The position numbers and the translations under genes were made by a program. A DNA stretch of 64,000 bases from Waterburya sp. (lineage in GTDB: Bacteria > Cyanobacteriota > Cyanobacteriia > Cyanobacteriales > Xenococcaceae): the NCBI GenBank assembly GCA_965217895.1, contig CBDCJV010000002.1:4896001-4960000 (forward strand). Reading direction: 5' to 3'. Below, piece by piece: positions 8,455 to 17,889 of the stretch. Position 1 is the stretch's first letter. The number at the start of each line of letters is the position of its first letter. The notes under the pieces were generated by a model, which made no database searches, had not been told where the DNA came from, and saw only the letters and a list, made by a program, of their open reading frames with translations.

Positions 8455-8562
8455 GAATTAAACTAAGTCTGACAGGTGGCGCATAGGCTTAGTTTTACCG
8501 CACTACCGATAACAGTAATTATCGGCACTGCCTTTTGAAAACATCTAAGGCGATCGCCATCC

Positions 8563-9404
8563 TTATGTAAGAGCTATTTGTGACTGACAGAACTGAATTT
8601 GCTGTTGCACAGTGCGAGCGCAGTTCTCAAATGCCTGAGCTTCCCGTTCACTAAGCTGAGTTTCGAGGCGACGATGAATGCCTTGGCGACCGATAACGCA
8701 GGGAACACTCAGGCAGCAGTTATAAACATTACAATAGCCATCGATTGAAACAGATACAGGTAGAGTATATCGTAAGTCTTCGACAATACTGCGGACAATC
8801 AGTTCTACTGCTAGAGATACCGTGTAATTGGTATAGCCTTTAGTTTGAAAAATCGTCCAAGCAGACTGCTTGGCATCCTCCACCATCTGTTGACGTAAAG
8901 GGTTAGCATCAATAAATTCACCGCCACACATGGCAGAACTGAGTGCAGCAAACTGCCCGTCTCCATGTTCTCCTAAAATATAAGCATTGATATCGGTGGG
9001 ATGGATACCTAATTGAGTTGCTAGAAGGTCGCGAAACCGTGCCGAATCGATTAAAGTGCCAGTTCCAATTACTTGTTGCCAATTAATTTGTTCGGAGTGT
9101 TGACTGGCAATTTGCCAAATCTGGTAGGTCAAGGCATCAACGGGGTTACTGAGATTGATCAAGATAGCTTTAGGGCTATGTTGGACGAGAAGAGGGATTA
9201 AAGACAGCATAATCTGAGTGTTGCTTAACAGGAGTTCATCACGACTTTTCATCTGCTTGGTCATGGGAACACTAACGGCAATAATAATAATAGAAGATTC
9301 GGCGGTATCTTCTATGTCTCCAGATCGAAAGCCAAGCCATCTTTGGCTAGTACGAAGCTGACGGTCGAACCCACTTTACCAATGCCAATAACAGAGATTT
9401 TCAT
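8563..9404 (-). pseudogene. lactate/malate dehydrogenase family, internal deletion plus frameshift
   Basis: ATG 9404 gives MKISVIGIGKVGSTVSFVLAKDGLAFDLET*. Another frame resumes RSGDIEDTAESSIIIIAVSVPM...SNPVD...GTLIDSARF...GEHGD. Confidence 0.85.
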
Positions 9405-9450
9405 AAACTAAAGCCAGCTCGAACAATGGTTTTATTCTATCAACTCACGT

Positions 9451-9542
9451 TAGAGCAATACGTACTTAATATTAGGACACCTGCTACTTGTTACTTACGA
9501 GCAGTTTATTTTTCTATCCTAACCAGTCAACGTACTGCGATA
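9451..9542. repeat. degenerate MITE-like repeat
   Basis: Aligns by eye with the reverse complement of 25664..25778 (AGC..TACGTAC...TTAGGAC...TGCTACTT..TACTTACGA...TCCTAA...GTAC). Confidence 0.5.
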
Positions 9543-9595
9543 ACTATTACCTATTACCTCAGCTTCACAGATCAATAAATGCATAACATCAATAA

Positions 9596-11014
9596 TTAAT
9601 TAGAATCTCCACCAATTGTGACATTTTTAATTCTCAAGCTAGGGCCACCACAGCCTACAGCAAGACCAGATTGACCTCCCTTGCCACATCCTCCAGATTC
9701 GTCCCAAATGAAATCATCGCCAATTGCTTCAATATCAGCCAGAGTTTTGAAAACATTACCAGAAAGAGTAACGTCTTTGACAGGTTCAGCTAATTCTCCA
9801 TTACGAATCATCCAGGCTTCTCCTGCACCAAAGATAAATATTTCGCCATTCGTCATTCCACCCAACCAATTGCGCGCATATACTCCCTTAGAGATTCCTT
9901 GAAATAATTCTTTTACTGGAGTATTGCCTCTACCAATCCAGGTGTTGGTCATCCTCACTATGGGCGAGTAATGATAGTTAAGACAGCGAGAATTACCTGT
10001 AGGTTTTGCATCTAATTTGCCTGCGGTTTCCCTGGAGTGAAGTCTACCAACCAAAACTCCATCCTCAATTAATTGGGTAGTAGTAGCAGGAGTACCTTCA
10101 TCATCGTAATAATAGCTGCCTCGATGGATATAGTTCTGCTCAGATTCCCTTGGTGCAGCACCATCAAATATCTGTAAATCATCTGTACCAAAACGTTTGC
10201 CTATACTCATTGTTTCGAGCAGATCGGGATTTTCATAAGCCATATCTGCTTCAGATAAATGTCCAAAGGCTTCATGGACAAATAGTCCTGTTAAAATGGG
10301 ATCGATGACTACGGTATAACTATCCCCTTTAATTTTTGGCAAGGACAAGGCATCTACCGCCCTTTGTGCCGCACTTTTTACCTGGGAGTCTAACTGAGTC
10401 AAATCTTCGTAAGCCTGACGCGAACCTGTTGTTTCTCTACCTGTTTGGATTACCTCTTCTTTTCTAGCAGTAGCTGAAAAGCGCATTTCCATATCTGACC
10501 AAGATTGTTCAATAACGCTGCCTTCAGATGTAGCGATAATTATCTTTTGGGAACTGTCACTGTAGCCCACAGTAGTAGTGGTTAGACAGTCATGATAACT
10601 GCGTAATAAGTCATTGTAGCGATCGCATAACGCTTTTTTGTCGGCTAAAAGTATTTCACGAGGATCGCTGCCTTTGAGGGGAATTTGACAGATTGCCTGC
10701 ACGGGTTCAACTGGGGCAAGGATAGTTTCTGAATCTCCCACTATTCTCGCAGCAGCAATTGCCTCCTCAAGTCTAGCTACTAGGGTCGTCAAATCATCGA
10801 ATGCTGCAAAACCCCAACCACCGCGATAGCAGGCGCGAACTTGCCCTCCCAAAGCAATACTTTCGCTTAGGGTTTCTATTTTATGATTGCGGAGAAAGAT
10901 ATTTGTTTCTTCTGCCTGTTCTAGGCGAATAGTCAAAAAGTCAACGCGATCGCTATAGGCAGCAATCAGTTCAGTTAATCGGTTTTTGTGTTCAGCAAAT
11001 AGCTTAGACATCAA
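9596..11014 (-). CDS. tldD: TldD/PmbA family metalloprotease (TldD type)
   Basis: HEAFGHLSEAD, YDDEGTP, RMTNTWI, GCGKGGQ. Confidence 0.92.
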   Translation of the reverse strand: MMSKLFAEHKNRLTELIAAYSDRVDFLTIRLEQAEETNIFLRNHKIETLSESIALGGQVRACYRGGWGFAAFDDLTTLVARLEEAIAAARIVGDSETILAPVEPVQAICQIPLKGSDPREILLADKKALCDRYNDLLRSYHDCLTTTTVGYSDSSQKIIIATSEGSVIEQSWSDMEMRFSATARKEEVIQTGRETTGSRQAYEDLTQLDSQVKSAAQRAVDALSLPKIKGDSYTVVIDPILTGLFVHEAFGHLSEADMAYENPDLLETMSIGKRFGTDDLQIFDGAAPRESEQNYIHRGSYYYDDEGTPATTTQLIEDGVLVGRLHSRETAGKLDAKPTGNSRCLNYHYSPIVRMTNTWIGRGNTPVKELFQGISKGVYARNWLGGMTNGEIFIFGAGEAWMIRNGELAEPVKDVTLSGNVFKTLADIEAIGDDFIWDESGGCGKGGQSGLAVGCGGPSLRIKNVTIGGDSN

Positions 11015-11097
11015 AATTTTAAATAGGCTTAAGCTTTAAGTTTACCGCTTTTTCAAGCTTGATAAATTAAACCTAATATTTGATAGCTATCTAAACC

Positions 11098-11559
11098 TTA
11101 ATTTTGTAACAAGGGTAAACATTGATATAATTTTTCATCTAAATACAAAGATTGCGGATAACTAATTGCCAAATCCATTGCTTCTAAAATGAGGCCAGCA
11201 TCACTTTCTTTGGTGCAGAAAGAATTGACTCCCAAAGAATACAAAAGCTCAATTACTTCTGGATGTTGATAATCACTCCAGTGAATAAAACTTGTTTGGG
11301 GCGAGATAGCTTTGATTAAACCTAAGTTATCAGTATCAGATTCTTCTTCAATATCAAAAAATAAGATATTAATGGTCATCTCACCATACATTAAAGAAAA
11401 TACCTGTTCTGAATTATCTAGCAAAATTATCTGAAGATTTGGTCTGGCAACTTTTATAAGTTGATTTAACTGTTGTCCTTGTTGTCTATGGGGTTCAATT
11501 ATGATGACGTTTAATGATTTAAATGATGATGGTTTTGAAGATAAAATATCATCCTGCAT
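11098..11559 (-). CDS. stand-alone receiver-like domain protein
   Basis: VIIIE, ILFFDI, GVNSFCTKE receiver pattern; no output domain. Confidence 0.6.
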   Translation of the reverse strand: MQDDILSSKPSSFKSLNVIIIEPHRQQGQQLNQLIKVARPNLQIILLDNSEQVFSLMYGEMTINILFFDIEEESDTDNLGLIKAISPQTSFIHWSDYQHPEVIELLYSLGVNSFCTKESDAGLILEAMDLAISYPQSLYLDEKLYQCLPLLQN

Positions 11560-11995
11560 AATTTTTAAAACGTATATTTTGCGTATATTTATTTAGATAT
11601 TATTACTTACATTATTACAGATGTTATTTATTTTTAAGTATTTTTACGGTCAATTGTTCAAAAGTTAATATAACTACCTCTCTTTTTAAAATTTGTTTAA
11701 AGATCTTATCTAGGTATTTAGACGCTCAAGACAAAATAGTTGATTTAAAATATTTAAATCAATAGGCATATTCTTTACATTCTGTTACAGTAGTGAGCGT
11801 AATTAGAAAATAAAGCAAAAAACTCAATCAAAAATATAAGCTGTCATACACGAAAGCTTGTTAGTTGAGACTGAGCAGAGGAAGCAGAAAAGGGTTTGAC
11901 TGCTCACCGTCATAAATGATCGGTGATTCTTAAGTAGCAAGTAGCAAGTAGCAATTAGCAATTAAGAAAATATCCCAATTGCTAATTGCTATCTG

Positions 11996-12054
11996 GAGAC
12001 GCGCTTCGCGTCTCGCCTTGCCAAGGGCAAGTCGGCGGACTCCAGTCCGCGCTA
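11996..12054. repeat. three-hairpin structured repeat, copy 1
   Basis: GAGACGCG-CTT-CGCGTCTC / TTGCC-AAG-GGCAA / GCGGACT-CC-AGTCCGC; second copy at 57404..57462. Confidence 0.8.
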
Positions 12055-12153
12055 CTTAATCGCACTCTTTGTGCGGGGCTTTAAACCCATTTATTACACG
12101 GTAAATAGCTTTACTAGCGATTTGCAGATCTATTTGTTTGAAACCAACCAAAA

Positions 12154-12396
12154 TTGCTAACAGATTTTTTTTGTAACTCAAGCCCATTTTTGATCATGTC
12201 TATCAATCCAATCAAAATTAATGGCGAAAGACCGTTCGCTGTAGAAAAGCTGCCAAAAATTTTCTTAATACCCAATAAAACTAGTTTATTCTTGTGTCAG
12301 CTAGATTTTATAAATTCTCAACAATGGCTGCTGTTAGGTATTATCAGTATTATCTGTTTCGTTTTTATTATTGGTTCTTGTACTTGGATTGTCTAA
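12154..12396 (+). CDS. small hypothetical membrane protein (likely start ATG 12196)
   Basis: C-terminal hydrophobic helix; short ORF. Confidence 0.35.
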   Translation: MLTDFFCNSSPFLIMSINPIKINGERPFAVEKLPKIFLIPNKTSLFLCQLDFINSQQWLLLGIISIICFVFIIGSCTWIV

Positions 12397-12444
12397 ATCA
12401 AGGTAATAGGTAATAAGCAAATATTTGAGTTGCCAAGCTATTTA

Positions 12445-13218
12445 CTATCCTAGATAGCTAGCGAAAAGATAAACTAAAGGCGCAACAGCGATCGCAGGTA
12501 AAAAAGAAGCGACGCGAATTTTAACGATTTCTAATAAGTTAAAGCCAATCGCCATAATCATTAGACCACCAATGCCCGTAATTATTAACAGATAGGGACT
12601 ATTGCTGGGATCGTGAATAGTATCGGCTACTAAACCAACAATTAAAGATAATCCGCCTTGATAAATCCCAATTACTAAGATAGAAAAAGCGACTCCAACG
12701 CCATAAATATTAGCTAAGGCAATAGATATTACTCCATCCATAGTTGCTTTTAAAGTTAATAAAGTATCGTCGCCATTTAGACCATTATTAAAACTGCCAA
12801 TGATAGTCATTGGACCAACACAAAATAGTAAACTACTAGCAACAAAACCTTCGGTAAACAATCCTTTGCCGCGAAACTTTTTCTTCAACCAATTACCAAT
12901 CTTGGTGAGTTTTTCTTCAATTTGTAATAATTCTCCAGTAACCCCTCCTAGCACTATTGCCAGTAGCCCTAGAATTGCGCCATCAATACCGCCAGACTGA
13001 ACTTTCCCCAGGCTGTTTGTCATGGTTAAACCAATCCAAATCGTCAACAAGCCAATGCCCTGGGTAATAATAGTTTGGATCTTAGGAGAAAGGCGATCGC
13101 TGAGTAATAAGCCCAAACTACTCCCTAACAAAACGGTAATAACATTAATCCAGGTACCGCTTGTCTTCGCCCAAAAGTTTAAATTCGCAATCAAGTAGAT
13201 TGATAAAATAACGTTCAA
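12445..13218 (-). CDS. DUF554 family membrane protein
   Basis: GTWINVITVLLG, EGFVASSLLFCVGPMTIIG, KATMDG. Confidence 0.9.
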   Translation of the reverse strand: MNVILSIYLIANLNFWAKTSGTWINVITVLLGSSLGLLLSDRLSPKIQTIITQGIGLLTIWIGLTMTNSLGKVQSGGIDGAILGLLAIVLGGVTGELLQIEEKLTKIGNWLKKKFRGKGLFTEGFVASSLLFCVGPMTIIGSFNNGLNGDDTLLTLKATMDGVISIALANIYGVGVAFSILVIGIYQGGLSLIVGLVADTIHDPSNSPYLLIITGIGGLMIMAIGFNLLEIVKIRVASFLPAIAVAPLVYLFASYLG

Positions 13219-13387
13219 ATAAATATTTATACAAGCCTGCGTAGATTATTACATAATGAAGCTTTAACCTGGACAAGTAAGGCTTTAAAGGTGTTCAAGT
13301 TTTACTTTGGTCTTTAGTGATGCTGATGTAAGATATATTCTGGGAATCAGATCGGCAAATATAAAAGAATAATATCAGGAGATAGCT

Positions 13388-14257
13388 TTGGATCATAATC
13401 AGCCTGAAAAGTTAGCAGAAGTTTTGAAGGTGGCGCGTTCTGTCGCCTGGGGAGCAGCAGATATTCTCAGTTCCTTTTATCACAAAGATACTTCTGACTT
13501 GGATATTAAAGACAAAAAGGATGGTCCAGTTACTGAAGCTGACATGGCTGCGAACAAGTATATTCTAGGTCGGTTTAAAGAAGAACTGGGTACAGAAGAT
13601 TTTGGTTATCTGTCCGAAGAAACTTTTGATGTCAAAAAAGCCGAACCAGTTGACCATGATTGGGTTTGGATTATCGACCCCTTAGATGGCACACGAGATT
13701 TCATCGACAAAAATGGTGAATATGGGATGCACATCGCTTTGGCTTATCAAGGTCGCCCTGTAATTGGGATTGTAGCTATTCCTGAAGCCGAAAAAATTTA
13801 TTTTGCCTCAAAAGGCAAAGGTACTTTTGTGGAAACTAAAGATGGTACGGTTACACCCATTAAAGTATCTGAACGTAACACTATTGAGAATTTATATTTA
13901 ATCGTTAGTCGATCGCACCGTGACGATCGCTTTCAGCAGCTAATCGATCGCTTGCCCTTTGCAGGTAAGAAATATATGGGTGGAGTTGGAGGAAAAATTT
14001 CTACCATTTTAGAACAAGAATCAGATGTTTATCTTTCGCTTTCTGGTAAGTCAGCAGCCAAAGATTGGGATTTTGCTGCACCAGAATTAATTCTCACCGA
14101 AGCGGGAGGTAAGTTTACCTACGTCAATGGTGAACCCGTTTATTATAACCAGGGTGACGTAAAACGCTGGGGGTGCATTGTTGCTACTAACGGTCACTGT
14201 CACGAAGAACTTTGTACTAAAGCTAGTGCCATTATTAACGAGATTGATCGTGGATAA
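13388..14257 (+). CDS. cysQ: inositol monophosphatase / CysQ-like 3'(2'),5'-bisphosphate nucleotidase
   Basis: PVTEAD, LSEE, WIIDPLDGTRDF, KDWDFAA. Confidence 0.8.
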   Translation: MDHNQPEKLAEVLKVARSVAWGAADILSSFYHKDTSDLDIKDKKDGPVTEADMAANKYILGRFKEELGTEDFGYLSEETFDVKKAEPVDHDWVWIIDPLDGTRDFIDKNGEYGMHIALAYQGRPVIGIVAIPEAEKIYFASKGKGTFVETKDGTVTPIKVSERNTIENLYLIVSRSHRDDRFQQLIDRLPFAGKKYMGGVGGKISTILEQESDVYLSLSGKSAAKDWDFAAPELILTEAGGKFTYVNGEPVYYNQGDVKRWGCIVATNGHCHEELCTKASAIINEIDRG

Positions 14258-14306
14258 ACCTCGTCTGTCAAACGAAAACCGTAGTTTTTGAATCGGAGAT
14301 TGAGCT

Positions 14307-14359
14307 AGTCACAGATTACTCCGCCCTAAACGGACGAAGCCTGCTGTGACCGTTGGTCA
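14307..14359. repeat. 53-bp hairpin repeat, copy 1
   Basis: AGTCACAGATTACTCCGCCCTAAACGGACGAAGCCTGCTGTGACCGTTGGTCA; one mismatch to 20984..21036. Confidence 0.85.
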
Positions 14360-14377
14360 AACAGCAGGATATAATTT

Positions 14378-14404
14378 CTACTTGCTACTTGCTACTTGCT
14401 ACTT
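14378..14404. repeat. heptamer tandem repeat (CTACTTG)n, STRR-like
   Basis: About four units; related AGTAGCA/AGTAAAA arrays near 11933, 19078 and 25711. Confidence 0.8.
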
Positions 14405-14558
14405 ACGAACAGTCAACTTAAAAACTCCTGGTTTCAAACTGGATGTGGTTTAATATGTTTGGTTAGTCTAAATACTCCTGGGGCAGTAGCAGGTAATTTT
14501 TGCTCTTTGAATTTAATCATAATTTCTTGGAGCAAGCTAAATATCTAGAAAAATATTC

Positions 14559-14849
14559 TTGATGAACAACGGTATTGATTCAAATATTATTTATCCCGAT
14601 CTAAAAGCTGCTGCTGCTGCGGTGTGTCGTAGGTGGTGTGAGCAACAAGGCTATAGCGATCATTTTTATCAACAGGGTAGTTGGTGGGCATTTCCTGCCA
14701 ATAGCGTGATTCCTATCAAAATTCATGAGGTAATTGATTTAAAGCATACTAAAGCCGAGCGAATTCAAATTAAATATTACTCTATTGCTCTATCAGTTGC
14801 CTTACTTCCAGATGGCTGTATTGCACCTCACAATCATCCTGAGATTTAA
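14559..14849 (+). CDS. hypothetical protein (cyanobacterial type)
   Basis: WCEQQGYSD...WWAFP motif; ORF fills the intergenic gap. Confidence 0.65.
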   Translation: MMNNGIDSNIIYPDLKAAAAAVCRRWCEQQGYSDHFYQQGSWWAFPANSVIPIKIHEVIDLKHTKAERIQIKYYSIALSVALLPDGCIAPHNHPEI

Positions 14850-15514
14850 TTTATCTGCCACTGTTCGAGATGATAGGCACTATCCCAAAACATCCATTCA
14901 AACTGAGAAGCGCGATAAAATACCTGACTCATTAAAGTTAATTCGCAACTGCTAGTCTTAGTTGCCATGTCATTTGCCACATCAATTACACTTTTGACAG
15001 CAGCTTCAAAATTTTTATCAATATAGGTATCAATCCATTTTTGATAAGGATTATTTCGATCATTTACCTGTTGATAAATATGTTTGCCTACTTCCAAATA
15101 AATCCAAAAGCAAGGCAAAACAGCAGCAACGCTAATAGAAAAACTATGTTGATAGGCAGTGGCTAATAAAAAATTAGTGTAATTCAAACAAGTAGGAGAA
15201 GCCTGACTGGCTAATGCTACTTCTGGCAGAATACCAAACTCGCGAAAAAATTCTGCGTGTAGACTACGTTCAACGGCGATCGCATTTTGAGCATTTTGAG
15301 CAAACTCTAACTGTAAGTCGGCAGTTGGTGCTTTGGCAGCAGTAATAGCTAATACGCGGGCAAATTCGCCCAAATATATGCCATCTTGAATTATGTAATG
15401 CTGAAATATCTCTTTGCTTAATGAACCTTGCTCAAGCTGCTGAATAAACTTCATCTTCAAGATAGAGTTGTAGATGTTATCAATGTTGTCCCAAGCTTGA
15501 GTAGAAAAATCCAT
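14846..15514 (-). CDS. tenA: thiaminase II / TenA
   Basis: YIIQDGIYL, ERSLH, LPCFWIY, YQKWIDTY, EWMFW. Confidence 0.9.
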   Translation of the reverse strand: MDFSTQAWDNIDNIYNSILKMKFIQQLEQGSLSKEIFQHYIIQDGIYLGEFARVLAITAAKAPTADLQLEFAQNAQNAIAVERSLHAEFFREFGILPEVALASQASPTCLNYTNFLLATAYQHSFSISVAAVLPCFWIYLEVGKHIYQQVNDRNNPYQKWIDTYIDKNFEAAVKSVIDVANDMATKTSSCELTLMSQVFYRASQFEWMFWDSAYHLEQWQIN

Positions 15515-15592
15515 ATATATTAAGCATTGAACATTAAGTATTATTGACTGTGAAAAACTATTGAATATAATCTATAGATTTAATTTATACAT

Positions 15593-15862
15593 CTAGCTAA
15601 TCAGCTTGTCATTTTCTGCATGAATATCAACCCACACCCATGAAATATCGTTTTTAACTTCAACTTCCAATGCTCTATAACCTTTCTCAGCACGAATTGA
15701 CCAGTATTGTCTAACCTTTTTGAAGTGTAGCGATGGATGTGATGGATTTGTTTTTAACAATTCATAATTTTCGTCGGCTATTGGCTGAACTGACTCTAGT
15801 AAAGCATTATAGCATTTCCAACTCAAGCAGCGATTTTTGTTACTCAACATCGATTGTTGCAA
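15593..15862 (-). pseudogene. degenerate RelE/ParE-like toxin
   Basis: YELLKTNPSHPSLHFKKV...WSIR...YRAL core is present; N-terminus and C-terminal W-x-G-x-H-x-E-Y-D motif are degraded. Confidence 0.55.
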
Positions 15863-15897
15863 TAACTGTCTAAATATTTGACAAAGTATTTAACCGA

Positions 15898-16503
15898 TTG
15901 CTATTATTTATAACAATTGCTCGATATAAATCAAATATGCCCAAGATTGTTGACCATGATCGCTATCGAGAAGAATTACTTAATAAGTGTTTCCACCTGT
16001 TTGCAGATAAAGGTTATGGTTCGGTTACGATGCGTCAAATAGCTCAAGAATTAGAAGTTTCTACTGGAACGCTATACCATTATTTTCCTAGTAAAGAAGC
16101 ATTGTTTGAGCAGTTGGTAGAAATGATGTCTCAAAATGACATTAATCAAGCACTAAGAGAATTAGATGGAGCGCAAACTCTGCAAGAAAAAGCAGCAGGA
16201 ATTGGAGAATACTTAGTTAAAAACGAAGATTATTTTACTAAGTGGACTTGTATTATGGTCAATTTTTATCAACATCAAGACGCTAAAGAATTAAAAAAAA
16301 GTGGTGTGTTTAGGCGAGCAAATGAAAATTATGTTAAGGCAATTTACGATCTATTAGGTGTTAAAGATAGAGCATTGGCTATATTTATTTATTCTTTTAT
16401 TGATGGTCTAATTCTCGAAAGATTATGGGGAGATGAATTAGTTTCTGTTCCCGAACAATGTCAATTATTAGGCAAAATGCTTACTGCTTATTTAGAAAAG
16501 TAA
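15898..16503 (+). CDS. TetR/AcrR family regulator (likely start ATG 15937)
   Basis: MPKIVDH...VTMRQIA...GTLYHYFPSKEAL. Confidence 0.92.
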   Translation: MLLFITIARYKSNMPKIVDHDRYREELLNKCFHLFADKGYGSVTMRQIAQELEVSTGTLYHYFPSKEALFEQLVEMMSQNDINQALRELDGAQTLQEKAAGIGEYLVKNEDYFTKWTCIMVNFYQHQDAKELKKSGVFRRANENYVKAIYDLLGVKDRALAIFIYSFIDGLILERLWGDELVSVPEQCQLLGKMLTAYLEK

Positions 16504-16564
16504 GATTTACGTTGTTGTATAAAAACTTAGAAAAAATTTTATTTCTGTTAAGGAAGAAGAAATC

Positions 16565-17758
16565 ATGACTTTTAAGCTATTTGTGAAACCTAGAAATAAA
16601 TGGTTAATTAGTTCAATAATTACCGCTACTGCTATTACTGGTGGAATTGCAATCTACGGCATTTCTCAGTATGGACAAGTAAATCAAACGACATCAAATT
16701 CAGTGCCAATTAAACCAGTTGCGCCTAAAATAACCGCATTAGGAAGACTCGAACCAGAAGCAGAAGTAATTAAACTGTCTGCACCTTTAGCATTGGATGG
16801 CGATCGCCTTACGAAATTGTTAGTACAAGAAGGCGATCGCGTTAAAGCAGGACAAGTAATTGCTATTCTCGATTCAAGAGATTCCTTGCAAAATACAGTG
16901 CAGCAAGCACAAGAACAAGTAAAAGTTTTTCAGGCTAAACTCGCTCAAGTTCAAGCTGGTGCTAAATTGGGGGAAATTCAAGCTCAAAGAGAACAGATTT
17001 CTCGCTTAAAAGCCGAATTAATTGGCGAAATTAAAAGTCAAAATGCAGCGATCGCTCGTTTACAGGCAGAGGTAAATAATGCCCACAGTGAATACAATCG
17101 TCATCAGCAACTATATCAAGAAGGCGCGATCGCAATTTCGACTTTAGACAGCAAACGTCTGGCTTTAGAAACGGCACAAGAACAATTGAAAGAAGCACAA
17201 GCAACGCAAGATCGCACTAATAGCACTCTTAAAGCGCAGTTAGCCGAAGCCAAAGCAAATTTAGATCGGATTTCTGAAATACGGCCAGTGGATGTTAATG
17301 CAGCACACACCGAAGTTGATAGCGCGATCGCTGCTTTAAACAAAGCCAAAACTGACTTAGCACAAGCTTATGTGCGCGCGCCGATAGATAGTCAAATTCT
17401 CAAAATTCAGACGCGCCCAGGGGGAAAGATAGGCGATTCGGGAATCGTCGAATTGGCACAAACGGATTCCATGATAGTCATAGCTGAAATTTATCAAAGT
17501 GATATTGCTAAAGTCAAAGTGGGACAGTCAGCAGAAATTACTGGTCAAGCTTTTGAGGGAATAGTCAGAGGCAAGGTCGTTCAAGTTGGCTTACAGGTTA
17601 GTAGACAGGATGTATTTAGCGATCAGCCTGGAGAAAATTTAGATCGCCGTGTGATTGAAGTAAAAATTCGTCTCAATCGAGAAGACAGCAAACGGGTTTC
17701 TGGTTTGACTAATTTACAAGTGCAGACAGCAATTAGCAGCGCAAGGCTTGCGCTCTGA
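16565..17758 (+). CDS. devB: DevB-family ABC exporter membrane fusion protein
   Basis: ALGRLEP, coiled coil, VRAPIDS, AEIYQSDI, DRRVIEV. Confidence 0.85.
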   Translation: MTFKLFVKPRNKWLISSIITATAITGGIAIYGISQYGQVNQTTSNSVPIKPVAPKITALGRLEPEAEVIKLSAPLALDGDRLTKLLVQEGDRVKAGQVIAILDSRDSLQNTVQQAQEQVKVFQAKLAQVQAGAKLGEIQAQREQISRLKAELIGEIKSQNAAIARLQAEVNNAHSEYNRHQQLYQEGAIAISTLDSKRLALETAQEQLKEAQATQDRTNSTLKAQLAEAKANLDRISEIRPVDVNAAHTEVDSAIAALNKAKTDLAQAYVRAPIDSQILKIQTRPGGKIGDSGIVELAQTDSMIVIAEIYQSDIAKVKVGQSAEITGQAFEGIVRGKVVQVGLQVSRQDVFSDQPGENLDRRVIEVKIRLNREDSKRVSGLTNLQVQTAISSARLAL

Positions 17759-17889
17759 AAAATAATGAGCGATCGCCTTTTTTTTTCAATTTATTTATAT
17801 CGAACGTTCGATCGCATACGAACTTGAAATGATGTCCACAGATAAATATTTGCTTGCTAATCACTTAATAAACAGATGAGATTGATACT

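Noticed and set aside
15515..15592. TPP riboswitch upstream of tenA
   Set aside because: AT-rich spacer lacking the CTGAGA and other TPP aptamer motifs.
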